In this document: in pieces, positions 24,568 through 37,665 of the stretch | Position numbering within the stretch: position 1 is the first letter of the stretch | Layout of the letters: each line of letters begins with the position of its first letter | NCBI GenBank assembly: GCA_030390025.1 | Contig: CM059431.1 | Coordinates: 141,980,001 to 142,044,000 of the forward strand | Reading direction: 5' to 3' | DNA: 64,000 nt | From: Squalus acanthias | Taxonomy: Eukaryota | The notes under the pieces: model-generated | The model's database searches: none | What the model saw: the letters and a program-made list of their open reading frames with translations, nothing else | Told to the model about the DNA's origin: nothing | Translations under genes and position numbers: made by a program

Positions 24568-26800
24568 GGATGTCAAGGGATATACAAGAATGGATTAGGA
24601 AAAAAAGGGAGGCTTTTGGCAGATACAAAGGACTAAAAACTATGGAAGCCCTAGAGGAGTATAGAAAGTGCAGCGGGGTACTTAAAAAAGAAATTAGGAA
24701 GGCAAAGAGGGGGCATGAAAAAACACTGGCAGGCAAAATAAAGGAAAATCCCAAGGTGTTTTATAAGTATATTATGGGCAAGTGGATAACCAATGAAAGA
24801 GTAGTGCCCATTAGGGACCAGAGTGGCAATCTCTGTGTAGAGCCAAAAGATATAGGTGAGGTTTTAAATGAACATTTTGCATCTGTGTTCACTATGGAAA
24901 AGGACATTGTAGGCATAGAAATCAGGCAGGCGGATTGTGATATACTGAAACAAATTAGTATTGAGAGGTTGGAGGTACTAGCGGTTTTAGCGGGCTCAAA
25001 AGTGGATAAATCCTCAGGCCCAGACGAGATGGAACCCAGGATGATGTGTGAGGCAAGGGAGCAGATTGCAGGGGCTCTGACACAAATTTTCAGAACCTTT
25101 CTGGCCACAGGGAGGTGCCTGAGGACTGGAGAACAGCTAATGTATTACCATTATTCAAGAAGGGTAGTAGGGATAAACCAGTGAATTACAGGCCAGTGAG
25201 CCTAACATCAGTGCTAGGGAAATTATTGGAAAACATTCTGAGGGGCAGAAATAGACTCCACTTGGAGAGGCAAGGATTAATCAAGGATTGTCAGCATGGC
25301 TTTGTCAGGGGGGAGGTCATGTCTAACAAATTTGATTGAATTTTTCGAGGGGGTGACTTAGTGTGTGGATGAGGATAGTGCAGTTGATGTAGTCTACATG
25401 GACTTCAGTAAGGCTTTCGCAAAGTCCCGCATGGGAGACTGGTCAAGAAGGTAAGAGCCCATGGGATCCAGGGCAATTTGGCACATTGGATCCAAAATTG
25501 GCTTAGTGGCAGGAGGCAGAGGGTGATGGTAGAAGGTTGTTTTTGTGACTGGATGATTGGTGTCCCGTGGTGTACCGCAGGGATCGGTGCTGGGTCCCTT
25601 GCTGTTTGTAGTGTGCATTAATGATTTCGATATGAATGTGGGAGATATGATCAGTAAGTTCGCAGATGACACCAAAATTGTTGGAGTGGTAAATAGCGAG
25701 GAAGGAAGCCTTAGGCTAGAGGACGATATAGACTGGATGGTCAGATGGGCAGAACAGTGGCAAATGGAATTTAACCCTGAAAAGTGTGAGGTGATGCATT
25801 TTGGGAGGACTAACAAGGCAAGAAAATGCACAATGAACGGTAGGACCCACGGAGGGACAGAGGATCAGAGGGACCTTGGTGTGCATGTACATAGATCCCT
25901 GAAGGCAGCAGGACAGGTAGATCAGGTGGTTAAGAAGGCATATGGGATACTTGCTTTCATTAGCCGAGGCATAGAATATAAGAGCAGGGAGCTTATGATG
26001 GAGCTGTACAAAATGATAGTTAGGCCACAGCTGGAATACTGTGTGCAGTTCTGGTTGCCACCCTATAGGAAGGATGTGATTACATTAGAGTGGGTGCAGA
26101 AGAGATTAACCATGATGTTACCTGGGCTGGAGCTTTTCAGCTATGAAGAGAGACTGGACATGCTGGGGTTGTTTTCCTTAGAGCAGAGAAGGCTGAGGGG
26201 GACCTGATTGAGGTGTACAAAATTATGAGGGGCATAGATAGGGTAGATAGAAAGGAACTTTTAGTCTTAGTAGAGGGGTGAATAACCAGGGGGCATAGTT
26301 TCAAGGTAAGGGGCAGGAGGTTTAGAGGGGATTTGAGTAAAATCGTTTTCACCCAATCAGGTCCCCCTCAGCCTTCTCTGCTCTAAGGAAAACAACCCCA
26401 GCATGTCCAGTCTCTCTTCATAGCTGAAAAGCTCCAGCCCAGGTAACATCCTGGTTAATCTCCTCTGCACCCACTCCAATGTATTCACATCCTTCCTATA
26501 GGGTGGCAATCAGAACTGCACACAGTATTCCAGCTGTGGCCTAACTATCATTTTGTACAGCTCCATCATAAGCTCCCTGGTTGGAATCTGGAACCCACTG
26601 TCTAAAAGGGTGGTAGAGGCAGGAACCCTCACAACATTCGAGAAGCATTTAGATGAACACATGAAACGCCAAAGCATACAAGGCTACGGACCAATTGCTG
26701 GAAAGTGTGAATAGAATAGATCGGGTTTGATGACCGGCGCAGAAACGATGGGCCGAAGGGCCTCTTTCTGTGCTGTATAACTCTATGACTCTGTGACTCT
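24568..26800 (+). mobile_element. Nested CR1 of a different subfamily, AAAAT target-site duplication
   Basis: AAAAT at 24563-24567 and 26801-26805; CTCTATGACTCT tail; RT ORF 25557-26207. Confidence 0.92.
26354..26579 (-). repeat. Inverted duplication of 25985-26210
   Basis: Reverse-complement match with about 5 mismatches. Confidence 0.95.
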
Positions 26801-28199
26801 AAAATTCATAGATTCTGGAACTGTTCCCGTGGATTTGAAGGCAGCAAATGTAACCCCACTATTGAAGAAAGGAGGGAGAGAGAAAACGGTGTATTGCAGA
26901 CCAGTTACCTGACATCAGTAGCAGGGAAAATGCTAGAATCTATTATTAAGGACGTGGTAACAGGGCTCTTAGAAAATAATAATAGGATTGGGCAGAGTCA
27001 ACCCGGATTTATGAAAGGGAAATCGTGTTTGACAAATCAGTTGGAAATTTTTCATGTTGTAACTAGCATAACACATAAGGAGGAACCAGGGAATATGGTG
27101 TATTTGGATTTTCTGAGGCATTCGATAAGGTGTTACACAAGAGGTTATTAATCAAAATTAGGGCTCATGGGATTGGGGGTAATGTATTAGCATGAATTAA
27201 GGATTGGTTAACGGACAGAAAACAGAGAGTAACAATAACCGGGTATATTTTCGGGTTGGCAGGCTGTATCTAGTGGGGTACCGCAAGGATCAGTGCTTGG
27301 GCCTCAGCTATTCAGAAACTACATCAATGATTTGAATGAGGGGACCAAATGTAATATATCCAAGTTTGCTGATGATACAAAGTTAGGTGGGAATGTAAGT
27401 TGTGAGGAGTATACAAGGAGGCTTCAATGGGATATAAACAGGGTGAGTGGGCAAGAACGTGGCAAATGTCATAAAATGTGGAGAAATGTGAAGTTATTCA
27501 CTTTGGTAGGAAATCAAGAAAAAGAGATTATTTTTAAATGGTGAGAGATTGGGAAATGTTGGTGTTCAGAGGGACTTGGGTGTCCTTGTACACGAATCAA
27601 TGAAAGTTAACATGCAGCTGCAGGAAGCAATTAGGAAAGCAAATGGCATGTTGGACTTTATTACAAGAGGATTTGAGTATAAGATTAAAGACGTCTTACT
27701 GCAATTATATAGGGCACTGGTGAGACCACACCTGGAGTATTGTGTACAGTTTTGGTCTCATTACCTAAGGAAGGATATACTTGCTATCGAGGGAGTGCAA
27801 CGAAGAATCAGCAGACTGGTTCCTGGGATGGGTGATTGTCCTATGGAGAGAGATTGAATAGACTAGGCCTCTATTCTTTAGTGCTTAGAAGAATGAGAGG
27901 TGATCTCATTGAAACATACAAAGTTAGTACTTGACTTGACAGGGTACATGCAGAGAGGATGTTTGCCCTTATTGAGGAGTCCAGAATCAGACATCACAGT
28001 CTCAGAATAAGGGGTCACAATTTAGGACTGAGATGAGGAGAAATTTATTCACTCAGAGGGTGCTGAATCTTTGGAATTCTCTAACCCAGAGAGGGCTGTG
28101 GACTCTCAATCGTTGAGTATATTCAAGACAGAGATTGATTGAATTTTGAATATGAATGGAATTAAGGGATATGGGAATATTGCAGGAAGGTGGACCTGA

Positions 28200-31010
28200 G
28201 AACATAAGAACATAAGAAGTAGGAGCAGGAGTAGGCGATACGACCCTTCGGGCCTGCACCGCCATTCAATAGGAACATGGCTGATCCGAACCTAGACTCA
28301 CGTCCACTTCCCTGCCCGCTCCCCATAACCCTTAATTTCCTTATCAGCTAGGAAACTGTCTATATCAGTTTTAAATTTATTTAATGTCGCAGCTTCCACA
28401 GCTCTCACAGGAAGCAAATTCCATAGATTTATTACCCTCTGAGTGAAGAAGATTCTCTTCATCTCAGTTTTGAAACGGCAGCCCCTTATTCTAAGATTAT
28501 GCCCCCTAGTTCTAGTCTCACCCATCAGTAAAAACATCTTCCCCGCATCCACCCGATCAAGCCCTCTCACAATCTTAAATGTTTCGATAAGATCGCCTCT
28601 CATTCTTCTGTATTCCAATGAGTGGAGGCCCAACCTACTCAACCTTTCCTCTTAAGTCAACCCCCTCATCTCCGGAATCAACCGACTGAAACTTCTCTGA
28701 ACTGCCTCGAGAGCAAGTATATATTTTCTTAAATATGGAAACCAAAACTGTACGCAGTATTCCAGTTGTGGCCTCACCAGTACCTTGTATAACTGAAGCA
28801 AGACTTCCCTGCTTTTATACTCCATTCCCCTTGCAATAAAAGCCAAGATTCCATTGGCCTTCCTGATCACCTGCTGTACCTGCATACTAACCTTCTGTGT
28901 TTCATGCACCAGGACCCCCAGATCCCTTTGTACTGTAGCACTTTGCAGTTTCTTTCCATTGAGATAATAACTTGCTCTTTGATTTTTTCTGCCAAAGTGC
29001 ATAACCTCACACTTTCCAGAATTATATTCCATCTGCCAAATTTATGCCGACTCACTTAGCCTGGCTATGTCCTTTTGCAGGTTTTTTATGTCCTCCTCAC
29101 TCACTGCTTTCTCTCTCATCTTTGTATCGTCTGCAAACTTGGATACATTGCACTTGGTCCCCTCCTCCAAATCGTTAATATGGATTGTAAAGAGTTGGGA
29201 TCCCAGCACTGACCCCTGCGGAACACCACTAGTTACTGATTGCCAACCCGAGAAAGAACCATGTATCCCAACACTCTGTTTTCTGTTAGATAGCCAATCT
29301 TCCACCCATGCCAGTATATTACCCCCATTCCCGTGATTTTTTATCTTGTGCAGTAATCTTTTGTGTGGTACCTTGTCAAATGCCTTTTGGAAGTCCAAAT
29401 ACACCACATCCACTGATTCCCCTTTATCCACCTTGTTTGTTACATCCTCAAAGAATTCGAGCAAATTTCTCCTTCATAAAACCATTCTGACTCTGTCCGA
29501 TTAAGTTATGCTTATCCAAATGTCCTGTTATTGCTTCCTTAATAATGGACTTCAACATTTTACCAGCCACAGATGTTAGGCTAACTGGTCTATAGTTTCC
29601 GGCCTTTTGTCTACCTCCCTTTTTAAATAAGGGTGTTACATTAGCAGTTTTCCAATCTGCTGGGACTATTCCTGAATCCAGGGAGTTTTGGAAAATTACC
29701 ACCAATGCATCCGCAATCCCTACCGCAACTTCTCTCAAGACCCAAGGATGTAAGCCACCAGGACCAGGGGATGTATCCGCCTTTAGTCCCATTATCTTAC
29801 CGAGTACCATCTCCATAGTGATTTTAATCGTGTTTAGCTTCTCCCCCCCTATAGCCCCTTATTTGTCCAGTGTTGGGATATTTTCAGTGTCCTCTACTGT
29901 AAAGACTGATACAAAATATTTGTTCAGCGTATTTGCCATCTCCATGTTCCCCATTACTATTTCCCGGTCTCGTCCTCTAAGGGTCCAACATTCACTTTAG
30001 CCACCCTTTTTCTTTTCATATAACTGTAAAAACTCTTGCTATCTGTTTTTATATGTTTTGCTAGTTTACTTTCATAATCTATCTTCCCTTTCTTAATTAA
30101 TCTTTTACTTATTCTTTGCTGGTTTTTAAATGCTTCCCAATCTTCTATCCTCCCACTAGATTTGGCTACTTTAAAAGCCCTTGTTTTTAGTCGGATACTA
30201 TCCTTTATTACTTTACTTAGCCACGGATGGCTATCTTTTCTTTTACGCCCCTTTTTCCTCAGTGGAATATATTTTCTTGAAAGTTGTGAAATACCTCCTT
30301 GAATGTACACCACTGCTCCTGTACCGTCTTACACCTTAATTTATTTTCCCAGTCCACTTTAGTCAACTCTGCTCTCATACCTTCATACTCTCCTTTATTT
30401 AGGCTTAGTACGCTGTTTTGAGATCCAACTCTCTCACCCTCCAACTGAATTTGGAATTCAACCATGTTATGGTCACTCATTCCAAGGGGATCCTTTACTA
30501 GGATATTTTTTGTTAATCCTGTCTCATTACACAGGACCAGATCTAAGATGTCCTGCCCCCTGGTTGGTTCAGTGACATACTGCTCAATTAACCCGTCCCT
30601 AATGCACTCTATGAACTCCTCCTCAAGGCTGCCCTGCCCAATTTGATTTGTCCAGTCAATATGAAAGTTAAAATCTCCCATGATTATAGCTGTTCCCTTA
30701 TTACAAGCCCCAACTATTTCCTGATTAATACTCCGACCAATTGAGTTGCAACTGTTAGGAGGCCTATAGACTACACCCACTAGTGACGTTTTCCCTTTAT
30801 TATTCCTTATCTCCACCCAAACTGTTTCACTATCCTGATCCTTTGACCCAATATAATTTCTCACTATTGCAGTGATTTCATCCTTTATTAACAAAGCCAC
30901 ACCACCTCCCTTTCCTTCCTGTCTGTCCTTCCTAATAGTCAAATACACCTGGATGTTTAGTTCCCAGTCATGGTCACCTTGCAGCCATGTTTCTGTATTG
31001 GCCAACAGAT
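28200..31010 (-). mobile_element. Nested antisense CR1 (most of ORF2) in the host 3' UTR
   Basis: ORFs 30259-31005 (endonuclease) through 28298-28642; AACATAAGAACATAAG tail. Confidence 0.95.
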
Positions 31011-31134
31011 CAACATTGGAGATGATGTAGAAGATCAGACATGATCTTATTGAATGGCGGAGTAGGCTCGAAGGGCCGAGTGGCTTTCTTTTACTCCTAT
31101 TTCTTATATTGTTATGTTGTTAAGATCGCGGTGA

Positions 31135-31470
31135 AATCATAGAATGATACAGCACAGAAGGAGACGATTCGGCCCATCGTGTCCGTGTCGGCTCTTTGAA
31201 AGAGCTAACCCATCAGTCTCACACACTGCTCTTTTCCGCTAGCACAAAATTACTTTATCCTTTTAAAGTATTTATCCAAATTCCTTTTGAAAGTTCCCAT
31301 TGAATCTGCTTCTACGGCCCTTTCAGGCAGTGCATTTCAGACCATAAGAACTCATTGTGTAAAAATTAGGGCTGCTCATCACCCCTTCTGTTTGTTTTAC
31401 CAATTGCCTTAAATCTGTGCCTTTAGTTTCTCGACGCACCTGCCAATATAAACCCTTTCTCCTTCTTTAT
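31135..31470 (-). mobile_element. CR1 3' fragment
   Basis: Antisense tail CATAGAATGATACAGCACAGAAGGAG..ATTCGGCCCATC. Confidence 0.8.
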
Positions 31471-31474
31471 TCTA

Positions 31475-31885
31475 GGGATCAGCCATAGCTCAGTGTATTG
31501 CCCTCACGAGTCAGTAGGTCGTGGGTTCAGGTCCCGCTACAGAAACTTGAAGCACTGCACCAGCAGAGGTGCCGTACTTCAGATGAGATGTTAAAACGAG
31601 GTCACATCTGCCCTCTCGGAGGGATGTAAAATATCCCATGGTTATTTCGAAGTAGAGCAGGGGAATTCTCCCATGTTCCCTGGGCCATTATTTATCCAGC
31701 AACCAACATTACTGAACACAGATTATCTGGTCAATATCACATTGCTGTTTGTGGGTGCTTGCTGTGCAAATCGCCTGTTACGTTCCGTGCCACATTACAA
31801 CAGTGACTACATTTCATAAAGTATTTCATTGTCCGTAAAGCACTTTGGCAAGCCCCGAGGTTGTGAAAGGTGCTATATAAATGCT
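31475..31885 (+). mobile_element. SacSINE1-like DeuSINE
   Basis: tRNA head (TAGCTCAGT, GGTTCAGGTCC), Deu domain (GATGAGATGTTAAAACGAGG), tail GGTGCTATATAAATGC. Confidence 0.8.
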
Positions 31886-32224
31886 TTATCAGAAACCATC
31901 GTAATTTTGAACACGTCTATTAAATGTTCACGTAACCTTTTCTGCGCTAAATAATTCCTCTGGGATTCTCCCACTAGGGCCTCTGTAATTTTGGCAGGAA
32001 TTCCGTTGTGTCCGCACAGGCCATTCTTGGGAACCATCCGGATTTGAAGGCTGTATGTGTTAGCCAAGAATGCCTGACGGCTAATCATGGTCCTTGCTTT
32101 TGATTTGCTCTTGTGGTGTGGCGACACTGGAAGGGCAGCATATGTTATTCTTACCCAGTTGCCCTGAGAGCTTTAAGTATATTATACTGGCCTTGCCGGC
32201 ATCGATCCATCCCAAGAATGATTC

Positions 32225-32985
32225 GGTGGCACCGCACACGTGCCGGGCAATGAACATCTCCAAAAATAGTGAGCCTAACAATCTCCCCTTGACATTCAAT
32301 GTCATTACCATCGCCCAATTCGCCCACCATCAATAGCGTTTGGAGCAACTTTGGCCAGAATCTCAACCGCACCAGCCACATAAATGCAATGGTACTGGAG
32401 CAGGTGAGAGACGTATTATTCTGTGGCGAGTTTCTCACCTCCTGTTTCCACAAAGCCTTTTCACCAACTACAAGTCCCAAGCCAGGAGTGTGCTGCAATA
32501 CTCTCCAATTGTCTGTATGAGATGCAGCTCCAACAACACTCAAGAATCTCGACATCATCGAGAATACAGTCCGCTTGATGAGCACTCCATCCATCATATT
32601 AATAATTCACTCCCTCCACCACCGTCGCAACGTGGCTGCTGTGAGTAGCAGCTACAAAATTGACTGCAGAAACTCGCCAAGGATTTTTCGACAGAAGCTT
32701 TCAATCCACGAACTCTATCACCGAGAAGGACAAGGACAGCAGACGTATTTGAACACCATCAACTCCAATTCCTCTCCAAGTTACACACCATCCTGACTTG
32801 GAAATATATCACCGTTGCTTCATCGTCGCTTTGTCAAAATCCTGGAACTCCCTCACTAACAGCACTGTGGGATTGTCTCACTATATGGACTGCAGCGGTT
32901 CAAGATGGTGGCTCACCACGACCTTCTCAAGGGCAATTAGGGATGGTCAATAAATGGTGGCTTTGCCAGCGAGGCTGACATCAGC
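32225..32985 (+). mobile_element. CR1/L2-clade LINE 3' fragment
   Basis: YKSQARSVLQYSP and HSLHHRR coding remnants; 3' end as at 1-145. Confidence 0.8.
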
Positions 32986-33170
32986 AGAATATTTTTTTAA
33001 AACATAACATTCGATATTATGCTGAACTTTTAACTCCAACGAGCAGCATTTTTCATCCTCTGTTGTTCCTCTACAGTTGACCATCCCAAAGCCAAAGTCT
33101 TCTAATTCCTAATTGTTTGTCGTGACTGGGAGACCGAGAAAGTATCGCAAAAGAGGAAAATGGAAATTAC

Positions 33171-33412
33171 CTGCAACTTTTCCAGCAAATCCTCGTGAGG
33201 AATTCTGCGTAGAGCACTCTTAATCACAGATAAAATCTTTTCTTCGGCCCCAAACTTTCTCTTGATCACATCCTCTAGAATGCAACCGTCAGCGTTCTCT
33301 ATTTTCCCAGCCGGGATTCCATAATCTAACAATATGTGTTTGAACTTTTTCAGCTCATCGGCTGTCAGTTCCTCTAGAATATCTCCAACTCGAAACATGA
33401 TCTCCTGACAAT
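33171..33412 (-). CDS. PYD exon, gene copy 2
   Basis: Intact frame, 5 aa differences from copy 1, donor CAG|GTAATT. Confidence 0.85.
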
Positions 33413-35577
33413 CTAATTAAATGAAAACAAAGGAGATGTATTATATTGTAAGACTATGTTTCTGGTATATGATACAATGGCGTTTAAGAACACAAGAAAC
33501 AACAGCAGGAGTAGGCCATACATCCCCTCGAGCCTGCTCCGCCATTCAGTAAGATCATGGCTGATCTTCTACATTAACTTCACTTTACTTCCCTATCCCC
33601 ATATCTCTTGATTAACTTGTTGTCGAAAATCTATCGATCTTACTCTTGAATATACTCATCGACTGAGCATCCACAGCCTTCTGGGGTTGAGAATTCCAAA
33701 GATTCACCACCCTTTGAGAGAAGAAATTCCTCCTCATCTCAGTCCTAAGTATGCAACTCATTTTTTTGGAGACTATTAGGGTTTCTGAGGGTTATAACTT
33801 GTAATTTGCAGTTCAATATTTGTACTTCATGCAACAAAAATGTTTAGTTACAGCCCTAGGGCTCTCTTGCGTTGTTAACTCCCAGTTATCATGGAAATCT
33901 GCAATTCATTAAGAGAGACTGGGATGGATAAGAAACTGACCTTTCACCCTCTGAGAATTGGGGTCAAGTCAAGTACCAGAGAGAAGGGCTGAAGGGCTCC
34001 TCTCTCTGGTTGGACAATGGGCTGGGCAGAGAGCCATATACTGATTTTTTATACTGTGGTACTCGGGTTAAAAAACAACCCCAGAGAGACGAGCTAAAGT
34101 ATTCGTCTCTCTGATGGGGAATTAGTAGTCAGTGGGACAACACTGACCTTTAACCCTTTGGGTCTTTTAATCAAATCAACTCCACACACTGTGGATGAAG
34201 CCACTCCTTCTGTGGTCGGAAATAGATGGTCATTGTGTTGGATCATTTCGGTACTTTAACAAATGCTACGATAGTGTAGCGGTTAAAGCACGGGACTCGC
34301 AATGCAGAGGTCTTGAGTTCATAATCCTACCAATGCAAGTTATGAAGCTGAATGTGATAAACCTGTCACCAACAATGTAACCATCAAAGCTGTCGTAAAA
34401 ACCGTGGTGTCAAAATCGAATTAGCTCAATAATTCCAACAGGGAAGGGACCCTGCTACCACCAACCTATGTGTCGGCAAGCGATGCCAGTCCCGGGATGA
34501 ACAGCAACAGGAGTCTTGCCTGTGTTGCATCCCGAGACAAAAAGCTGTAACAATTCAAGAGTAAAGATACATGGTCCAACAGGTATGGACTGGGAGGTCA
34601 CTAAGTTCGAACAGAGAGGAAATGCAAGCTACAGTACACAACAGCAAAGTAAATGACCAGTTCATCTGTTTGAGCGATGCTGGTTGAGGGATAAATATTA
34701 GCTAGGATGCCTGGAAAAACACTACTATTTCCTCTTCCAATAGTGCCGTGGGGTCCTTTACGTCCACCTCAGAGGCTATACGGGGAGTATGTTTAAAGTC
34801 TCAGCAGAAAATCGACACCTCTGAAAGTGCAGCAGTGCCTCAGTATCAGCACTGCGAGTGTCGGCATTGATTTCGTGCTCCAGTCTTTGTGTGGGCGGGG
34901 GGGATTGAACTTATGACATTCTGATTCAGCGGTGAGAATTGCTACCCACTGAGCCACAGCTGCAACCTACTAGCTCCCTTGCTTGTTGTGGTATATATCA
35001 ATGATTTAGACTGCAATGTAGGGGGCTTGATTAACAAGTTTGCAAAAGATACAAAAATTGTCCGTGTGGTTGGTTATGAAGAAGAAAGCTGCAGACTGAC
35101 GGAAGATATCACTGGACTGGTCAGGTGGGCAGACAAGTGGCAAAGGGATATCAATCTGGGGAAGTGTGAGTTAATGCATTTGGGGAGGAATAGCAAAGCA
35201 AGGGAATACACAATAAATGGTAGGATAACGGGAAGTGTAGAGGAACTGAGGGACCTTGGAGTGCATGTCCACAAATCCCTGAATGTAGCAGGACAGGTAG
35301 ATAAGGTGGTTAAGAAGGCATACGCGATACTTTCCTTTATTACTCGAGGGAGAGAATATAAGAGCGGTATAAAGTGTATAAAACTTAGTTAGACCACAGC
35401 TAGAATAGAGCGATCAGTTCTGGTGACCTCATTGCAGGAAAGATGTAACTGCAACAGAGAGGGTTTCAGAGAAGATTTACGAGGATGTTGCCAGAACAGG
35501 AGAATATTAAATATGAGGAAAGATTGGATAGGATGTGGCTGAGGAGAGACTTAATTGAGGTGCATATAATTATGAGG

Positions 35578-35889
35578 GGCCTAGATAGAGTGGATAGGAA
35601 GGGCCTAGATAGAGTGGATAGGAAAGGCCTCGATAGAATGGATAGGAAGGGGCTAGATAGAGTGGATAGGAAGGGCCTAGATAGAATGGATAGGAAGGTC
35701 CTAGATAGAGTGGATAGGAAGGTCCTAGATAGAGTGAATAGGAAGGTCCCAGATAGAGTGGATAGGAAGATCCTAGATAGAGTGAATAGGAAGGTCCTAG
35801 ATAGAGTGGATAGGAAGGTCCTAGATATAGTTAATAGGAAGGTCCTAGATAGAGTGGATAGGAAGGGCCTAGATAGAGTGGATAATAAG
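35578..35889 (+). repeat. 24-bp minisatellite x13 (paralog of 2735-3046)
   Basis: 13 (G/V/I)LDRVDRK-type units in ORF 35485-36033. Confidence 0.95.
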
Positions 35890-37462
35890 GACCTACTTCC
35901 CTTTGCAGAGACGTCAATAACCAGGGGGCATATATTTAAAGTAATCGGTAAAAGGATCAGAGGGGAGTTGAGGAAACATTTTTTCACCCAGAGGGTGGTG
36001 GGGTCTGCAACTCACTGCCTGAAAGGGTGGTAGAGGCAGAAACCCTCATCGCATTTAAAATGTACTTGAATATGCACTTGAAGATCCATAACCTGCAAGG
36101 CTATGGACCAAGAGCTGGAAAGTAGGATTAGGCTGGATAGTTCGTTTTCGGCCGGCACAGACACGATGGGCCGAATGGCCTCCGTCTGCACCGTAAGGTT
36201 ATATGAATGGATGACAAGGCCACAATAAAATAAAGGCTCACTGTTAAGCATGGTCTGTTTGCAATCTGTGCTGTTTAAATTGGAAAGATTTCCTATTGTC
36301 TTAGGACCGAATTATTTTTTAGTGCGGAGTACAAGGTGCAACGACCCGATAGAGCTCCTTCCGGCTCCTGTGTTCTAAATGAATCAGGCTGCGATATTTA
36401 AAGATCTCCTTTGTGTGTGTGTGAGTGTGTGAGTGAGTGAGTGAGAGACAGAGAGACAGAGATAGAGAATGCATATGTATCATTGAGTGACTCTGTGTAT
36501 GTGTGTGTGCATGTGTGTGTGTGTGTGTGTGAGAGAGATAACGCGTGTGTATTTGTGAGTTACTCTGAGTGTGTGAGAGAGAGAGGCACACACACACACA
36601 CAGACAGAGACAAAGGATGCATATGTACCTCACTGAATAACTTTAGTGAGTGTGTGTGTGTAAGAGAGCGATAAAATTACACAAAGAGACAGAATGCGTG
36701 TGTATATCAGTAAGTGAATGATTGTATGTGTGAGAGACAGAGATATTGGAAGCGAGTGACAGTCAGTGTTTGTGTCTGTGAGAGAGACGTAGAGAAAGTG
36801 AATGTGTGTGTATATCAGAGTGACTGTTATGTATATCTGTGTATGTAAGAGAGACAGAGAGACTGACAGAGAGAGAAAGATAAAGGATGCTTCTGTATAT
36901 CAGTGATTGATTCTGAGTGAGCATGTGTGCGTATTTCTGTGGAAGAGAAGCAGCAGGATGTTGAAATCTAACCTTTAACCATCGACAACTTCTACACTCC
37001 TATACAGACTGGTATTTCACAAGTTAAATTGACAAAGACCCGTATCCCTTATCAGACGTTGCTTCAGACACAGCAAGTGCTGCCTACGTGCGAATTGCAA
37101 AAACGTCTTATGCATATCGAGCCAAAGTTGGAGGAAGTGACTTGCCCACAAACGCAAACCGTTTGCTTCTGTCTCTGCTAGTTGCAGCATTTTGCTTTTA
37201 CTTTGTATTAGCTCATGCACACAGATGTTGAGAACCCTTCAGTTTTATTTCACAAGAACGTTTATTCAAACCCGCTGTGTTTTGATTAAAGTGGCATTGA
37301 AGTTGAAATCGCCCGAACCTCCACTTGATGATTATGGGGTCTCGAGCAGTTTTGAAATTTTAGTTTTGATTGATTCTCCGCGTTAGGTTTCATTTTTCAA
37401 CTTTGCTCGCCGTCTAATTTCTACCGAGAACCGGTGTCCGTGGATGGAGAAATGGGACTTAC

Positions 37463-37474
37463 TTTTAACGCCAT
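37463..37474 (-). CDS. Putative first coding exon (MALK), copy 2
   Basis: ATGGCGTTAAAA|GTAAGT; Kozak -3 base is C. Confidence 0.55.
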
Positions 37475-37665
37475 TCGCAGGTTGCAAACCGCAGTCAGCA
37501 GAGGCTCGCGATGCAACAGTTTCTCACGCTTGCTGACGAATTGCAACCGCCAAATTGGAAAAATAAGTGTTTGGGAATGTGTGTTACTTCACTTTGATTT
37601 GTATTTCAAAACATCTATATATATCCCCGCCATTTCTTAACAATGATATTATTTATAAAGATAAT

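Larger units (their letters stand above)
21460..31120 (+). mobile_element. Full-length decayed CR1 LINE hosting two nested CR1s
   Basis: Repeated 5' UTR segment (21460/21785); ORF1 CxxC..CxxC finger and SGNH esterase (22052-22970); APE endonuclease (IGITETWL); RT; 3' UTR completed at 31015-31120. Confidence 0.9.

Noticed and set aside
32150-32170. Possible micro-exon with GTAAGA donor on the minus strand
   Set aside because: Weak acceptor and no independent support.
35485-36033. 182-aa repeat protein ORF
   Set aside because: CR1 ORF2 remnant with in-frame minisatellite; the paralog has a stop within the array.
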